DNA of 64,000 nt from an uncultured Alphaproteobacteria bacterium (GTDB taxonomy: Bacteria; Pseudomonadota; Alphaproteobacteria; Rhizobiales; Rhizobiaceae): assembly GCA_963820075.1 (NCBI GenBank), contig CAWFYS010000006.1, positions 637,736 to 701,735 of the forward strand. Direction: 5' to 3'. The notes below the pieces were generated by a model that worked only from the letters and a program-made list of their open reading frames with translations, did no database searches and was not told the origin of the DNA. The number at the start of each line of letters is the position of its first letter. Within the stretch, counting starts at the first letter, position 1. This document shows positions 35,605-44,495 of the stretch, piece after piece. Both the position numbers and the translations under genes were made by a program.

Positions 35605-36810
35605 ATGGCCCTGCTGCCGGTTGATGACGCGCTGCACCGTTTGCTCGACGCGGTTCAGCCGCGACCGCCGGAGCGCGTTCCTCTGGCCAAGGCGGCCGGA
35701 CGCGTGCTGGTGGCACCGCTGGCGGCGCTCAGAACGCAGCCCCCGTTCGACGCCTCGGCAATGGACGGCTACGCGGTACGCGCCGCCGAGGTCGCCAACG
35801 TGCCCGTCCGGCTGAAGCAGATCGGCGTGGCGGCCGCCGGCCGCGGGTTCGGTGGCACGGTGGGTGCGGGTGAAGCGGTGCGCATCCTGACCGGGGCGCC
35901 GCTGCCCGAGGGCGCCGACACGATCGTCATTCAGGAAAATGCGCGCCGGGTCGCGGACGACGTGATCGAGGTCTTCGAGAGGGTGGCGGCCGGCCGGCAC
36001 ATCAGGCTGCGTGGCCTCGATTTCGCGCAGGGCGATACGCTGCTTGCCGCCGGGCGCGTGCTGGACCCCGCCGCCCTTTCACTTGCAGCCGCCGCAAACC
36101 ACGCCTTTCTTGACGTCGTCGGGAGACCGCTGGTCGCCATCATAGCCACGGGCGACGAATTGATGCTTCCCGGAACGGAGCCGGGACCGGACCAGATCAT
36201 TGCATCCAACGCCTATGGCGTGGCGGCGATCGCCGCTGCGGCGGGAGCGCGCGTCCTTGACCTGGGTATTGTCGGCGACGACCCTAACGCAATAGCCGAA
36301 CGGATTTCCGACGCAACACGAGCCGGCGCCGATGTGATCGTTACGCTCGGCGGTGCATCGGTCGGCGATCATGACCTCGTCCACGGCGTGCTCGGCACGC
36401 AAGGCGTGACGCTCGATTTCTGGAAGATCGCCATGCGGCCCGGAAAGCCGCTGATGTATGGCCGCCGCGGGGAGCAGCGCTTTCTCGGCATGCCGGGCAA
36501 TCCGGTGGCGAGCCTCGTCTGTTCGCACTTGTTTTTAAAACCCCTGGTGGCTCGGCTTGGCGGCAGGCAGGCCGAACAGGACGTTCGCACGGCCCGCCTC
36601 GGCGGGCCGATGTCGGCGAACGACCTCCGGCAGGACTATGTCCGTGCCGATCTATCCGTCCAGGGCGACGTGCTGACGGCGACACCCTATCCGCTCCAGG
36701 ATTCTTCCATGCTGCGGATTCTCGCCGATTCGGGCGCCCTCATCATTCGCCCACCCTTCGCGCCGGCCGCGGCGGAAGGCGATGCCTGCATGGTGCTGAT
36801 GCTGAGGTAA
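35605..36810 (+). CDS. moeA: Molybdopterin molybdotransferase MoeA
   Basis: SAMDGYA, ILTGAPLP, TGDEL, GGASVGD, MRPGKP, MPGNP. Confidence 0.97.
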   Translation: MALLPVDDALHRLLDAVQPRPPERVPLAKAAGRVLVAPLAALRTQPPFDASAMDGYAVRAAEVANVPVRLKQIGVAAAGRGFGGTVGAGEAVRILTGAPLPEGADTIVIQENARRVADDVIEVFERVAAGRHIRLRGLDFAQGDTLLAAGRVLDPAALSLAAAANHAFLDVVGRPLVAIIATGDELMLPGTEPGPDQIIASNAYGVAAIAAAAGARVLDLGIVGDDPNAIAERISDATRAGADVIVTLGGASVGDHDLVHGVLGTQGVTLDFWKIAMRPGKPLMYGRRGEQRFLGMPGNPVASLVCSHLFLKPLVARLGGRQAEQDVRTARLGGPMSANDLRQDYVRADLSVQGDVLTATPYPLQDSSMLRILADSGALIIRPPFAPAAAEGDACMVLMLR

Positions 36811-37007
36811 ACCCGCTGGTGCAGCACATTCGAGAGCCCGCGCCCCGGCGGGTTTTCGACGCCATACAAATCACCGTTAATATAACAATTTCAATATGAT
36901 ATTTGTCTAAATTGAAGCCAGATGCAAGCACGCGAGACATCCCGCAAATTCGCCCGTCGAGACGCGGGCGGTGGCGACGGGCGGAGACGGCCACCGCCCG
37001 GCCGACG

Positions 37008-37035
37008 AAAAAACCCGGCGGTTGCCCGCCGGGTT
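37008..37035 (-). terminator. Rho-independent terminator of the porin gene
   Basis: Perfect stem AACCCGGCGG/CCGCCGGGTT with a 4-nt loop and T-run on the minus strand; second perfect hairpin at 36965-37000. Confidence 0.85.
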
Positions 37036-37062
37036 CGGATTGGGTCAGTCGCTGGCGACTGA

Positions 37063-38187
37063 TTAGAAGTTCCGCTGGAAGCGGATATCGAAGCCCCACT
37101 GGTCGGAAAGCTCTTCATCAGCGTTGTCGTCGAAGTTGTCGGTATAGTCAATTTCAGGCGTGATGGTGAAGCCAGGAACCAGTTCGTAGGCAATATTGGC
37201 GGCAACCGAGAAGTCCTCGAAGTCGTCATAACCAACTTCAGCGTTGAATGTCGCCTTTTCGTTGATCTTGATCGCCGTGCCAGCCCAGATGGCCCAGTCG
37301 CCACCCCAAGGTGCGTAGAAGTTCGCACCAGTGTCCTCTTCCTCGAAGTCGTCGCCGCCAGTGTCCCACGCACCCATCACGAAGACAGAAGCCGTCTCGG
37401 TGATGTTAAAGTCCACGCGAGCCTTGACCGCGACTTCCTCCTGATCGGTATCCCAACCGGCAACGAGGCCGATCTTGCCCCAGCCCTGGGTCAGCGACAC
37501 GCCGCCCACGACAAACGGTGCGTAGTCCTGGGTGATGCCACCTTCGTCCTCGTCACCCTGTTCAACCGCGATGGCGGCAGAGAAGCCGTTCGGGCCGGTG
37601 TAGGTGTAGGCGATCTGGAGCGTCGCGAATGGGCCGTAAGGCACCAGACCGTCGTTCAGCACGCCCGAGGAGTAGTCGGTGAAGGTCGAGAACAGCGAGT
37701 TCGTCTTACCGATACGGAAGCCGCCGAGCTCGATATAGATGTGTTCCCACGCGATACCGTCTTCGTTGTCGTAGGTGGTGTCGTAGACGAGATCGTTGGT
37801 ATCAGGGTCGATGCCGACGGGGTTCTGACCGTTGGTGCCCTCGTATTGGAAGTCGACCGCAGCATAAGAACGCAGCGTGCCGAGCTCGGTTTCCGAACGG
37901 GCGTCGACGCGCAGCTGGAAGCGGGCGCGGTTGTCATAGGTTTCTTCACCGTCCTCGCTGATGCTCTCAAACAGGTCGCCGCCGCGGATATCGACGCGGA
38001 CGTAACCGCTGACTTTCAAGCAGGTTTCGGTGCCGGGCATGTAGTAGAAACCGGACCCGTAAACGTCGCAGACGCGAACATATTCCATTGGTTCCGGCTC
38101 GGCGACGACCACAGCATCCGCCGCGCGAGCGCCGGAAACCGCGACGAGCGCCGCAGCGGAGCCAAGAAGAAGGCTCTTAATTTTCAT
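37063..38187 (-). CDS. Alphaproteobacterial porin (Omp2/RopA family)
   Basis: MKIKSLLLGSAAAL...AADAVVVAEPEPMEYVRVCDVYGSGFYYMPGTETCLKVSGYVR; C-terminal FQRNF; strong RBS GGAGG. Confidence 0.96.
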   Translation of the reverse strand: MKIKSLLLGSAAALVAVSGARAADAVVVAEPEPMEYVRVCDVYGSGFYYMPGTETCLKVSGYVRVDIRGGDLFESISEDGEETYDNRARFQLRVDARSETELGTLRSYAAVDFQYEGTNGQNPVGIDPDTNDLVYDTTYDNEDGIAWEHIYIELGGFRIGKTNSLFSTFTDYSSGVLNDGLVPYGPFATLQIAYTYTGPNGFSAAIAVEQGDEDEGGITQDYAPFVVGGVSLTQGWGKIGLVAGWDTDQEEVAVKARVDFNITETASVFVMGAWDTGGDDFEEEDTGANFYAPWGGDWAIWAGTAIKINEKATFNAEVGYDDFEDFSVAANIAYELVPGFTITPEIDYTDNFDDNADEELSDQWGFDIRFQRNF

Positions 38188-38819
38188 TTTCTGACCTCCA
38201 GTCAAAGTTCAAAATCGGGTTTGGGTCTTTTCTTGCCAAAGGACAGCGTTCCCTGCCCCATCCCCGAAAGTCGAAAAAGATACGATCGCTCGCCCTTTCA
38301 AGGTTGATGTTTACCTATCGCCCCGCCCCGTTCAACCATGATCGCAACCAATACCCCTCTGTACGGATTGCGATCACCAAAGTCTGTGGCACAAATGACA
38401 CGATTTGGCACCCCTCGGAAACGCATCGTTAACCACGTCGCCGCCCAAAGGCCGTGAACAATGATTGTTCCCTCCGCGAATCGCACAAGTACACTCCTTT
38501 GCCTCCGTGAATCATCTTTGGAATATATTCCTCGCGATCTTGTCGGCATGAATCAACGACGTTGAGCCGGGAAACAATTTTGTTTCAATATCAACCCAGA
38601 ACTGAACAAGGGCGACACCGCACGGCCGGGCGAGCCGGAAAACCGGCGTGCCCCGCCCGGGTTTCAGGCATACGCAATGGGATGCCGAAGCATGGTCATG
38701 TCGGGTGTCCATCGGAACGAGGTTTTCGAACTGGTCGGCGTCACCCGGATCGACCTGCCGCTGCAAGGCGGGATGGCGTAGCCGCTTGTCGTGTTGCGGC
38801 GGCGGACAGTTCAGGAATA

Positions 38820-39770
38820 TTACACCTGACGATCCTGCCGCGCGCCGTGCGCGCCAGGCAGGGCAACCGCAAAGGGAAAATCGGCGCGCCTGCCTTCTGT
38901 GGGGCAGATATCCACGGCGCACCGCGCGGCCGAGTTTCTGACGATGGGCGCGATGTGGCGTGCGAACGCCGTGATCTCCTCGACGGTGTCGAGGTCCCGG
39001 ATCATGAGTTCGGATATGCCAAGCGCGAAATAGGGCAGCAACGCAAGCGCCAGACGTTCCGGCGAACCCGCGCGCAATGCCGAATCCACACCGGTATCCG
39101 CACGTCCACCCTGGCCCCATTGGCAAAACCGAAGCGGCAGCGCGAACCGGATTTTCGCCGACCGGCCGCGGTCGGCGGCGGCGGCCCGCACACGCCCGAC
39201 GATGTGACGCAACTGGTCGGGCGGCGCGCAGGGCAGTTCGAACACGTCCGCGTGCCGCCCGGCAATGCGAAAGGCCGTGCCGGACAAGCCGTTCATGCGC
39301 ACCGGAATGTCGGCGCCCCGCGGCCCCTTGCGCGGCACGAAACCGCGCCGGATGCTGTAGGCTGGGCCTTCGTGATCGAATGGCGTCGCATTCGCCCACA
39401 AACGCTTCAGCAGCACAAGGTATTCGTCGCTCCGCTTCAGCGCCTCGACGTGGCTGGCCAGGTCGCCCGGCACGCTTGCATGGGTGACCATCCGAACCGA
39501 CAGCCTGCCGCCGCTCGCCGTGTCGAGTGCGGCGAAGCGGCGTGCCGCAGTAATCGGCTCGATTTCACCGGCGCGGTGGTCGATCGCGATATCCAGCATG
39601 CTGCTGCCGGCAATCGCCTCCTCGGCGATGTCCAGATTGGTCAGCGGTGCACCTTCATCCTCCACGATGATCCGGCCGAAGCCGGCGCGCTCCACATCGA
39701 AGTAGGGCGACGCCGCCCTCCCCGCGCCGGCAGCGCGCGACCCTATGACATGCGCGAACTCAAGCTGCAT
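38820..39770 (-). CDS. Divergent LLM-class (luciferase-like) flavin-dependent oxidoreductase, SsuD-like
   Basis: HRAGEIEPITAARRFAALDTASGGRL, LKRLW...PFDHEGPAY, IAGRHADVF; start behind GGAGGAG. Confidence 0.75.
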   Translation of the reverse strand: MQLEFAHVIGSRAAGAGRAASPYFDVERAGFGRIIVEDEGAPLTNLDIAEEAIAGSSMLDIAIDHRAGEIEPITAARRFAALDTASGGRLSVRMVTHASVPGDLASHVEALKRSDEYLVLLKRLWANATPFDHEGPAYSIRRGFVPRKGPRGADIPVRMNGLSGTAFRIAGRHADVFELPCAPPDQLRHIVGRVRAAAADRGRSAKIRFALPLRFCQWGQGGRADTGVDSALRAGSPERLALALLPYFALGISELMIRDLDTVEEITAFARHIAPIVRNSAARCAVDICPTEGRRADFPFAVALPGAHGARQDRQV

Positions 39771-39842
39771 AAGACGCTCCTCCGTCATTGCCTGCCGAGA
39801 ACCGAACGGACTTGGCCAGCGACCTCCCTGCCGCGTTCGGCC

Positions 39843-39995
39843 TCAAACGATGAGGCCGAAAACCAGTGCCGCCGCAAAGGCAAGGGCGACAATAAAAGCG
39901 ACATGCGCCGAAAGCGACGCCATGAAATGGCCCGCCGGAGCGTGATTGGCGCGAGCAGCGGAACGCGCTTCGGTCAGGCGATGGGCATGGGCCAT
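39843..39995 (-). CDS. 50-aa small membrane protein
   Basis: Below ORF-track cutoff. GAGGAGG RBS, MAHAHRLTEARSAARANHAPAGHFMASLSAHVAFIVALAFAAALVFGLIV*; C-terminal TM helix. Confidence 0.7.
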   Translation of the reverse strand: MAHAHRLTEARSAARANHAPAGHFMASLSAHVAFIVALAFAAALVFGLIV

Positions 39996-40062
39996 GATAA
40001 CCTCCTCATTCGGTTCGGTCCGTTCAAGCCGAAAACATCTCCCCTCGTCCGGAATTCATCTC

Positions 40063-40392
40063 TCACGCCGCTTTGCCGCGCAGCCGCTCCACGCAAATGG
40101 CCCGCAACAGGAATGCCGCCTCCGCATAGGTAACGGCGCCATCGACCATATCGGCGGTTCGCTCGCCAAGCGCGTCCCTGACGTCGTCGAGTATTCTCAC
40201 CGGCAGCAAATCCGTGCAGGTCCGCATCCGGCCGAATACCGAACTGATGGGCACGGTCCTGCCCTCGAACTCAACCGCCGGCTCGTCGGAATGCAGACCC
40301 CAATTCTCATAAGCCTCAAGCGCATCCTGGAAGGCCTGGTGCAGGAAGATCGGCGCGTGGCCCTCATGCAAAGGGGGAAGAACTCGAGTCAT
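40063..40392 (-). CDS. Hypothetical protein (109 aa)
   Basis: RBS AAGAGGAG; natural-looking composition (FQDALEAYENW...VFGRMRTCTDLLP). Confidence 0.75.
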   Translation of the reverse strand: MTRVLPPLHEGHAPIFLHQAFQDALEAYENWGLHSDEPAVEFEGRTVPISSVFGRMRTCTDLLPVRILDDVRDALGERTADMVDGAVTYAEAAFLLRAICVERLRGKAA

Positions 40393-40498
40393 GGCATTCT
40401 CCTCTTGGAATCTTGCTTCTGGCGCGAGCACGACCCCGCCCGGGGCCGCAATCGAAACTGGTACTCAACACCAATGGAATGGGACACGGTCGAGCGGC

Positions 40499-40669
40499 TT
40501 ACCAATGGCCGCACCAGGCCAGATAGACCAATTCTCCACGTGCCGGACGGGCCTCCTTCCGGACACCCACAACAAGGCTCCTGGCGATGGCCACCGCTTC
40601 GCCCGTGCTGAACATCACCCGAGCCCGGTCCAGCAGCGACCGGACAAGGCCGGAAAACGTCGGTGTCAT
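40499..40669 (-). CDS. 56-aa putative leader peptide ending YLAWCGHW
   Basis: RBS GAGGAG 6 nt before ATG 40669; first ORF of the leftward unit. Confidence 0.55.
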   Translation of the reverse strand: MTPTFSGLVRSLLDRARVMFSTGEAVAIARSLVVGVRKEARPARGELVYLAWCGHW

Positions 40670-40757
40670 CGTCAACTCCTCTGCATTGAACTGCGGATGG
40701 TTGGCAAAGGGCACTGCGTCACGGATTATGACGGCTCATTTCAGGATGTCAACAATG

Positions 40758-40774
40758 TCTACTAATTTTGTAGA
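40758..40774. promoter_or_regulatory. AT-rich palindrome, candidate operator (Rrf2-type spacing)
   Basis: TCTAC-TAATTTT-GTAGA in the divergent intergenic region. Confidence 0.5.
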
Positions 40775-41079
40775 TTAATAAATCGGACCAACGACTTAGG
40801 CCCATTTTCCGGCCCCCGAACCGGTCCCGATCCGGAACCGGCCGAAGGCTGAAAACCTGCCTGATTTTCTTCGGATGCTGAAATTATCAATCAGGAACAA
40901 AAAAAGATTCCGGAATTACCCCTAGAAATGGTTGAAATTACCTTCAGCCTGGCAGGCCGCGCATGGGATGGGAGCGGTGCGCAACGCGGCGTCCGCACGC
41001 GCGTTGTGGGTAGGGTTCAAGCCGGATTCGGCCCTGCCCGCGCATCGCGGAAGAGGCCGGCTGCTCCACGGAGGCAGAA

Positions 41080-42504
41080 ATGAGCGTCCACGCGATATCG
41101 GCATATGAAGGCGGCACGGGCCGCCTCAAACCGCCCTACCGGTCCGTTCTCGACCTCATCGGCGAAACGCCCGTGGTGGAACTCAAGCGCTTCGACACGG
41201 GCCCATGCCGTCTGTTCATCAAGCTGGAAAGCCAGAATCCCGGAGGCTCGATCAAGGACCGCATAGCCTTGTCGATGATCGCCGACGCGGAGCGCTACGG
41301 GCGCCTGGCGCCGGGCGGCACGATTGTGGAAGCCACGGCCGGCAACACCGGCCTGGGCCTGGCCCAGGTCGGCATTCCCAAGGGCTATCGCATCGTCCTC
41401 GTCGTTCCCGACAAGATGTCACGCGAGAAAATCCAGCACCTCAGGGCGCTCGGCGCGGAAGTCCGGCTGACACGCTCCGACGTCGGCAAGGGCCACCCGG
41501 AATATTACCAGGATATGGCGGAGAAAATCGCGGCCGGCACGCCCGGCGCCTTCTATGTCAACCAGTTCGCCAATCCGGCAAATCCGCTGGCGCATGAGAC
41601 GACCACCGGGCCGGAGATCTGGAGCCAGCTCGGCGAGGACATCGACGCCGTGGTCGTCGGCGTCGGGTCCGGCGGTACGTTGACGGGCCTCGGCCGCTTT
41701 TTCGCGAGGGTGTCGCCGAAGACGCAGATGGTGCTTGCCGACCCGGTTGGATCGGTGCTGGCGCCCTATGTCAAGACCGGCGAACTGCGCGAGGCCGGCA
41801 GCTGGACGGTGGAAGGCATCGGCGAGGATTTCATCCCGCCCAATGCCGACCTGTCCTTCGTCAGGAAGGCATACTCGGTCACCGACAAGCACAGCATGCT
41901 GGCCGTGCGCGACCTGCTCTCCAGGGAGGGCATACTCGCCGGCTCGTCCTCCGGCACGCTGCTTGCCGCGGCGCTACGCTACTGCCGCGAGCAGACTGCG
42001 CCAAAGCGCGTGCTGACCTTCGTCTGCGACAGCGGCAACAAGTATCTTTCCAAAGTATTCGACGATTTCTGGCTGGTTGAGCAAGGATTGGCCGAACGCG
42101 AGCAGCATGGCGACCTGCGGGACCTCGTCGCGCGAGCGCATCGCGAGGGCGGGACCGTCTTCGTCGGACCTCAGGATACGCTGCTGACGGCCTATGGCCG
42201 CATGCGCCGGGGTGACGTTTCGCAGCTTCCCGTGCTTGAGAACGGCACGCTGGTGGGCATCGTCGACGAGAGCGACATACTGGCCGTGCTCGAGGGACCC
42301 TATGAAGGCCGGTGGGACCGCTTCAGCGCGCCGGTGGCGACCGCAATGACGGCTGACCTGCACACGCTTCAGGCCGGCCAGACGCTCGACGCCCTGCTGC
42401 CCGTCTTCGAGCGCAACGAGGTGGCGATCGTCTTTGACGGCGACGAGTTTTTCGGCCTGATTACACGGGTCGACCTGATCAATCATCTGAGGCGGAATAA
42501 ATGA
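41080..42504 (+). CDS. cbs: Cystathionine beta-synthase (PLP domain plus CBS pair)
   Basis: KLESQNPGGSIKDR, ATAGNTG, GVGSGGT, EGIG, DSGNKYLSK, C-terminal CBS domains. Confidence 0.93.
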   Translation: MSVHAISAYEGGTGRLKPPYRSVLDLIGETPVVELKRFDTGPCRLFIKLESQNPGGSIKDRIALSMIADAERYGRLAPGGTIVEATAGNTGLGLAQVGIPKGYRIVLVVPDKMSREKIQHLRALGAEVRLTRSDVGKGHPEYYQDMAEKIAAGTPGAFYVNQFANPANPLAHETTTGPEIWSQLGEDIDAVVVGVGSGGTLTGLGRFFARVSPKTQMVLADPVGSVLAPYVKTGELREAGSWTVEGIGEDFIPPNADLSFVRKAYSVTDKHSMLAVRDLLSREGILAGSSSGTLLAAALRYCREQTAPKRVLTFVCDSGNKYLSKVFDDFWLVEQGLAEREQHGDLRDLVARAHREGGTVFVGPQDTLLTAYGRMRRGDVSQLPVLENGTLVGIVDESDILAVLEGPYEGRWDRFSAPVATAMTADLHTLQAGQTLDALLPVFERNEVAIVFDGDEFFGLITRVDLINHLRRNK

Positions 42505-43670
42505 CCACACCGAACAGGAACCGCCTGGCTTTCTCGACACGCGCCATTCACGGCGGCCAAAGCCATGATCCGACCACCGGCGCGGTCATGGTGCCGATCT
42601 ATGCGACCTCCACCTACGGCCAGCAAAGCCCTGGAGTTCACAAGGGGTTCGAATATGCCCGCAGCCAGAACCCGACGCGCTTCGCCTTCGAGCGCGCGGT
42701 GGCCGACCTTGAGAGCGGCACGGCCGCCTTTGCCTTCGCGTCGGGTCTTGCGGCCATCGCCACCGTATTCGAGTTGCTCGACGCGGGCGCCCACATCGTC
42801 GCGACCGACGATATATACGGCGGCACATTCCGGTTGCTGGAACGGGTGCGTAAACGCTCGGCCGGCCTGCGGGCCAGTTTCGCCGACTTCACGGACCTCG
42901 CGGCAGTTGAAAGAGCGATCACGCCGGAGACCAAGCTGCTGTGGGTCGAGACGCCCACCAATCCCTTGCTGAAGATCGTCGACCTCGAAGGCGTCGCCGC
43001 CCTGTCAAAGCGTAAGAACTTACTTACGGTCGTCGACAACACATTTTGCAGCCCCTATCTGCAACGGCCCCTGGAACTCGGGATCGACATTGTCGTGCAC
43101 TCGACCACCAAATACCTGAACGGCCATTCCGACATGGTTGGCGGCGTTGCGGTCGTCGGCGAAAACCGCGATCTCGCCGACCGGCTGAAATTCCTGCAGA
43201 ACGCGGTCGGCGCGATTTCCGGTCCATTCGACAGTTTCCTCGCATTGCGCGGCATCAAGACGCTGGCGCTGCGCATGGAGCGGCATTCGTCCAACGGTCT
43301 GAAGATCGCGCAATGGCTGGAGGGCCGCGTCGACGTGCGGCGCGTCATCTATCCCGGCCTTGCCAGCCATCTTCAACACGCGATCGCCAAACGCCAGATG
43401 CACGCCTTCGGCGGCATGATCTCAATCGAACTCGACCGCGATCTCGACGGCACGAAACAATTCCTTGAGCGCACCCGCCTGTTCACCCTGGCCGAAAGCC
43501 TTGGCGGCGTGGAAAGCCTGATTGAGCAGCCTGCCCTGATGACGCATGGCAGCATCCCGCCCGAGCAGCGCGCGGCACTCGGCATTTCCAATTCGCTGGT
43601 GCGTCTTTCGGCAGGCATCGAGGACGGCGACGATCTCATCGCCGACCTGGAGCAGGCGCTGTCGGGATAG
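42501..43670 (+). CDS. Cystathionine gamma-lyase/synthase
   Basis: YARSQNPTR, ETPTNP, VDNTF, HSTTKYLNGHSD, AESLGGVESL; ATGA-coupled to cbs. Confidence 0.93.
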   Translation: MTTPNRNRLAFSTRAIHGGQSHDPTTGAVMVPIYATSTYGQQSPGVHKGFEYARSQNPTRFAFERAVADLESGTAAFAFASGLAAIATVFELLDAGAHIVATDDIYGGTFRLLERVRKRSAGLRASFADFTDLAAVERAITPETKLLWVETPTNPLLKIVDLEGVAALSKRKNLLTVVDNTFCSPYLQRPLELGIDIVVHSTTKYLNGHSDMVGGVAVVGENRDLADRLKFLQNAVGAISGPFDSFLALRGIKTLALRMERHSSNGLKIAQWLEGRVDVRRVIYPGLASHLQHAIAKRQMHAFGGMISIELDRDLDGTKQFLERTRLFTLAESLGGVESLIEQPALMTHGSIPPEQRAALGISNSLVRLSAGIEDGDDLIADLEQALSG

Positions 43671-43678
43671 AATGCGGG

Positions 43679-44476
43679 CTAACCGTTCGCGGCAATCACA
43701 GCCCGCTTGGCCATGACGACGACGAGGTTCGCCCGATATTCCGCGGAAGCGTGCAGGTCGCTCATCAGCGCGTCGCTTGGCACCGACACCCCGGCAAGGG
43801 CAGCGGCGTCGAAATTCTGCGAGAGCGCTGCTTCGATCGGCGCGGAGCGGAACACGCCGTTCTCGCCGGCTCCCGTCACCGCGACGCGTACGCCATCATT
43901 GTCCTTCGCCACGAAAACACCGGTCATGGCGTAGCGAGAGGCCGGATTCGGGAATTTCGAATAGCCGGACCTGGCCGGTATTGCGAAGCTGACCGCCGTT
44001 ACCATCTCGCCTTCCCCAAGCGCTGTCTCGAACAGGCCCGTGAAGTAGTTTTCGGCCGCGATCTCGCGGCTGTCTGTGACGATGGTCGCGTTGAGCGCAA
44101 GCAGAGCCGCCGGATAATCGGCCGCCGGATCGTTGTTGGCGATCGAACCTCCGATCGTGCCGCGGTGGCGGACATGGGGATCGCCGATGTGGGCGGCGAG
44201 ATGGCAGATCGCCGGGCACGCCGCCTTGAGTTCGGCATTGCCGGCGACCTCGGCATGGGTGGTCGCGGCGCCGATGGTGACGGTCCCGCCCGATATGGTG
44301 ATGCCTTTCAACTCGGCTATATGGGTCAGATCCACGAGATCCGACGGTGCCGCAAGCCGTGTCTTCATCGCCGGGATCAACGTCATGCCGCCCGAGAGAA
44401 ATTTCGCCTCTCCTGTCCTGGCAAGTCTTGCAGCTTCGGAGAGCGAAGTGGCGCGGTGGTAGTTGACGGAATACAT
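43679..44476 (-). CDS. coxM: Xanthine dehydrogenase family FAD subunit (CoxM-like)
   Basis: LSGGMTLIP, VRHRGTIGGSIANNDPAAD, SAEYRA. Confidence 0.9.
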   Translation of the reverse strand: MYSVNYHRATSLSEAARLARTGEAKFLSGGMTLIPAMKTRLAAPSDLVDLTHIAELKGITISGGTVTIGAATTHAEVAGNAELKAACPAICHLAAHIGDPHVRHRGTIGGSIANNDPAADYPAALLALNATIVTDSREIAAENYFTGLFETALGEGEMVTAVSFAIPARSGYSKFPNPASRYAMTGVFVAKDNDGVRVAVTGAGENGVFRSAPIEAALSQNFDAAALAGVSVPSDALMSDLHASAEYRANLVVVMAKRAVIAANG

Positions 44477-44495
44477 CGGTTTTCTCCTTGCGGGA

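Noticed and set aside
38678-38782. 34-codon plus-strand ORF between the porin and the LLM gene
   Set aside because: No clear RBS or recognisable features.
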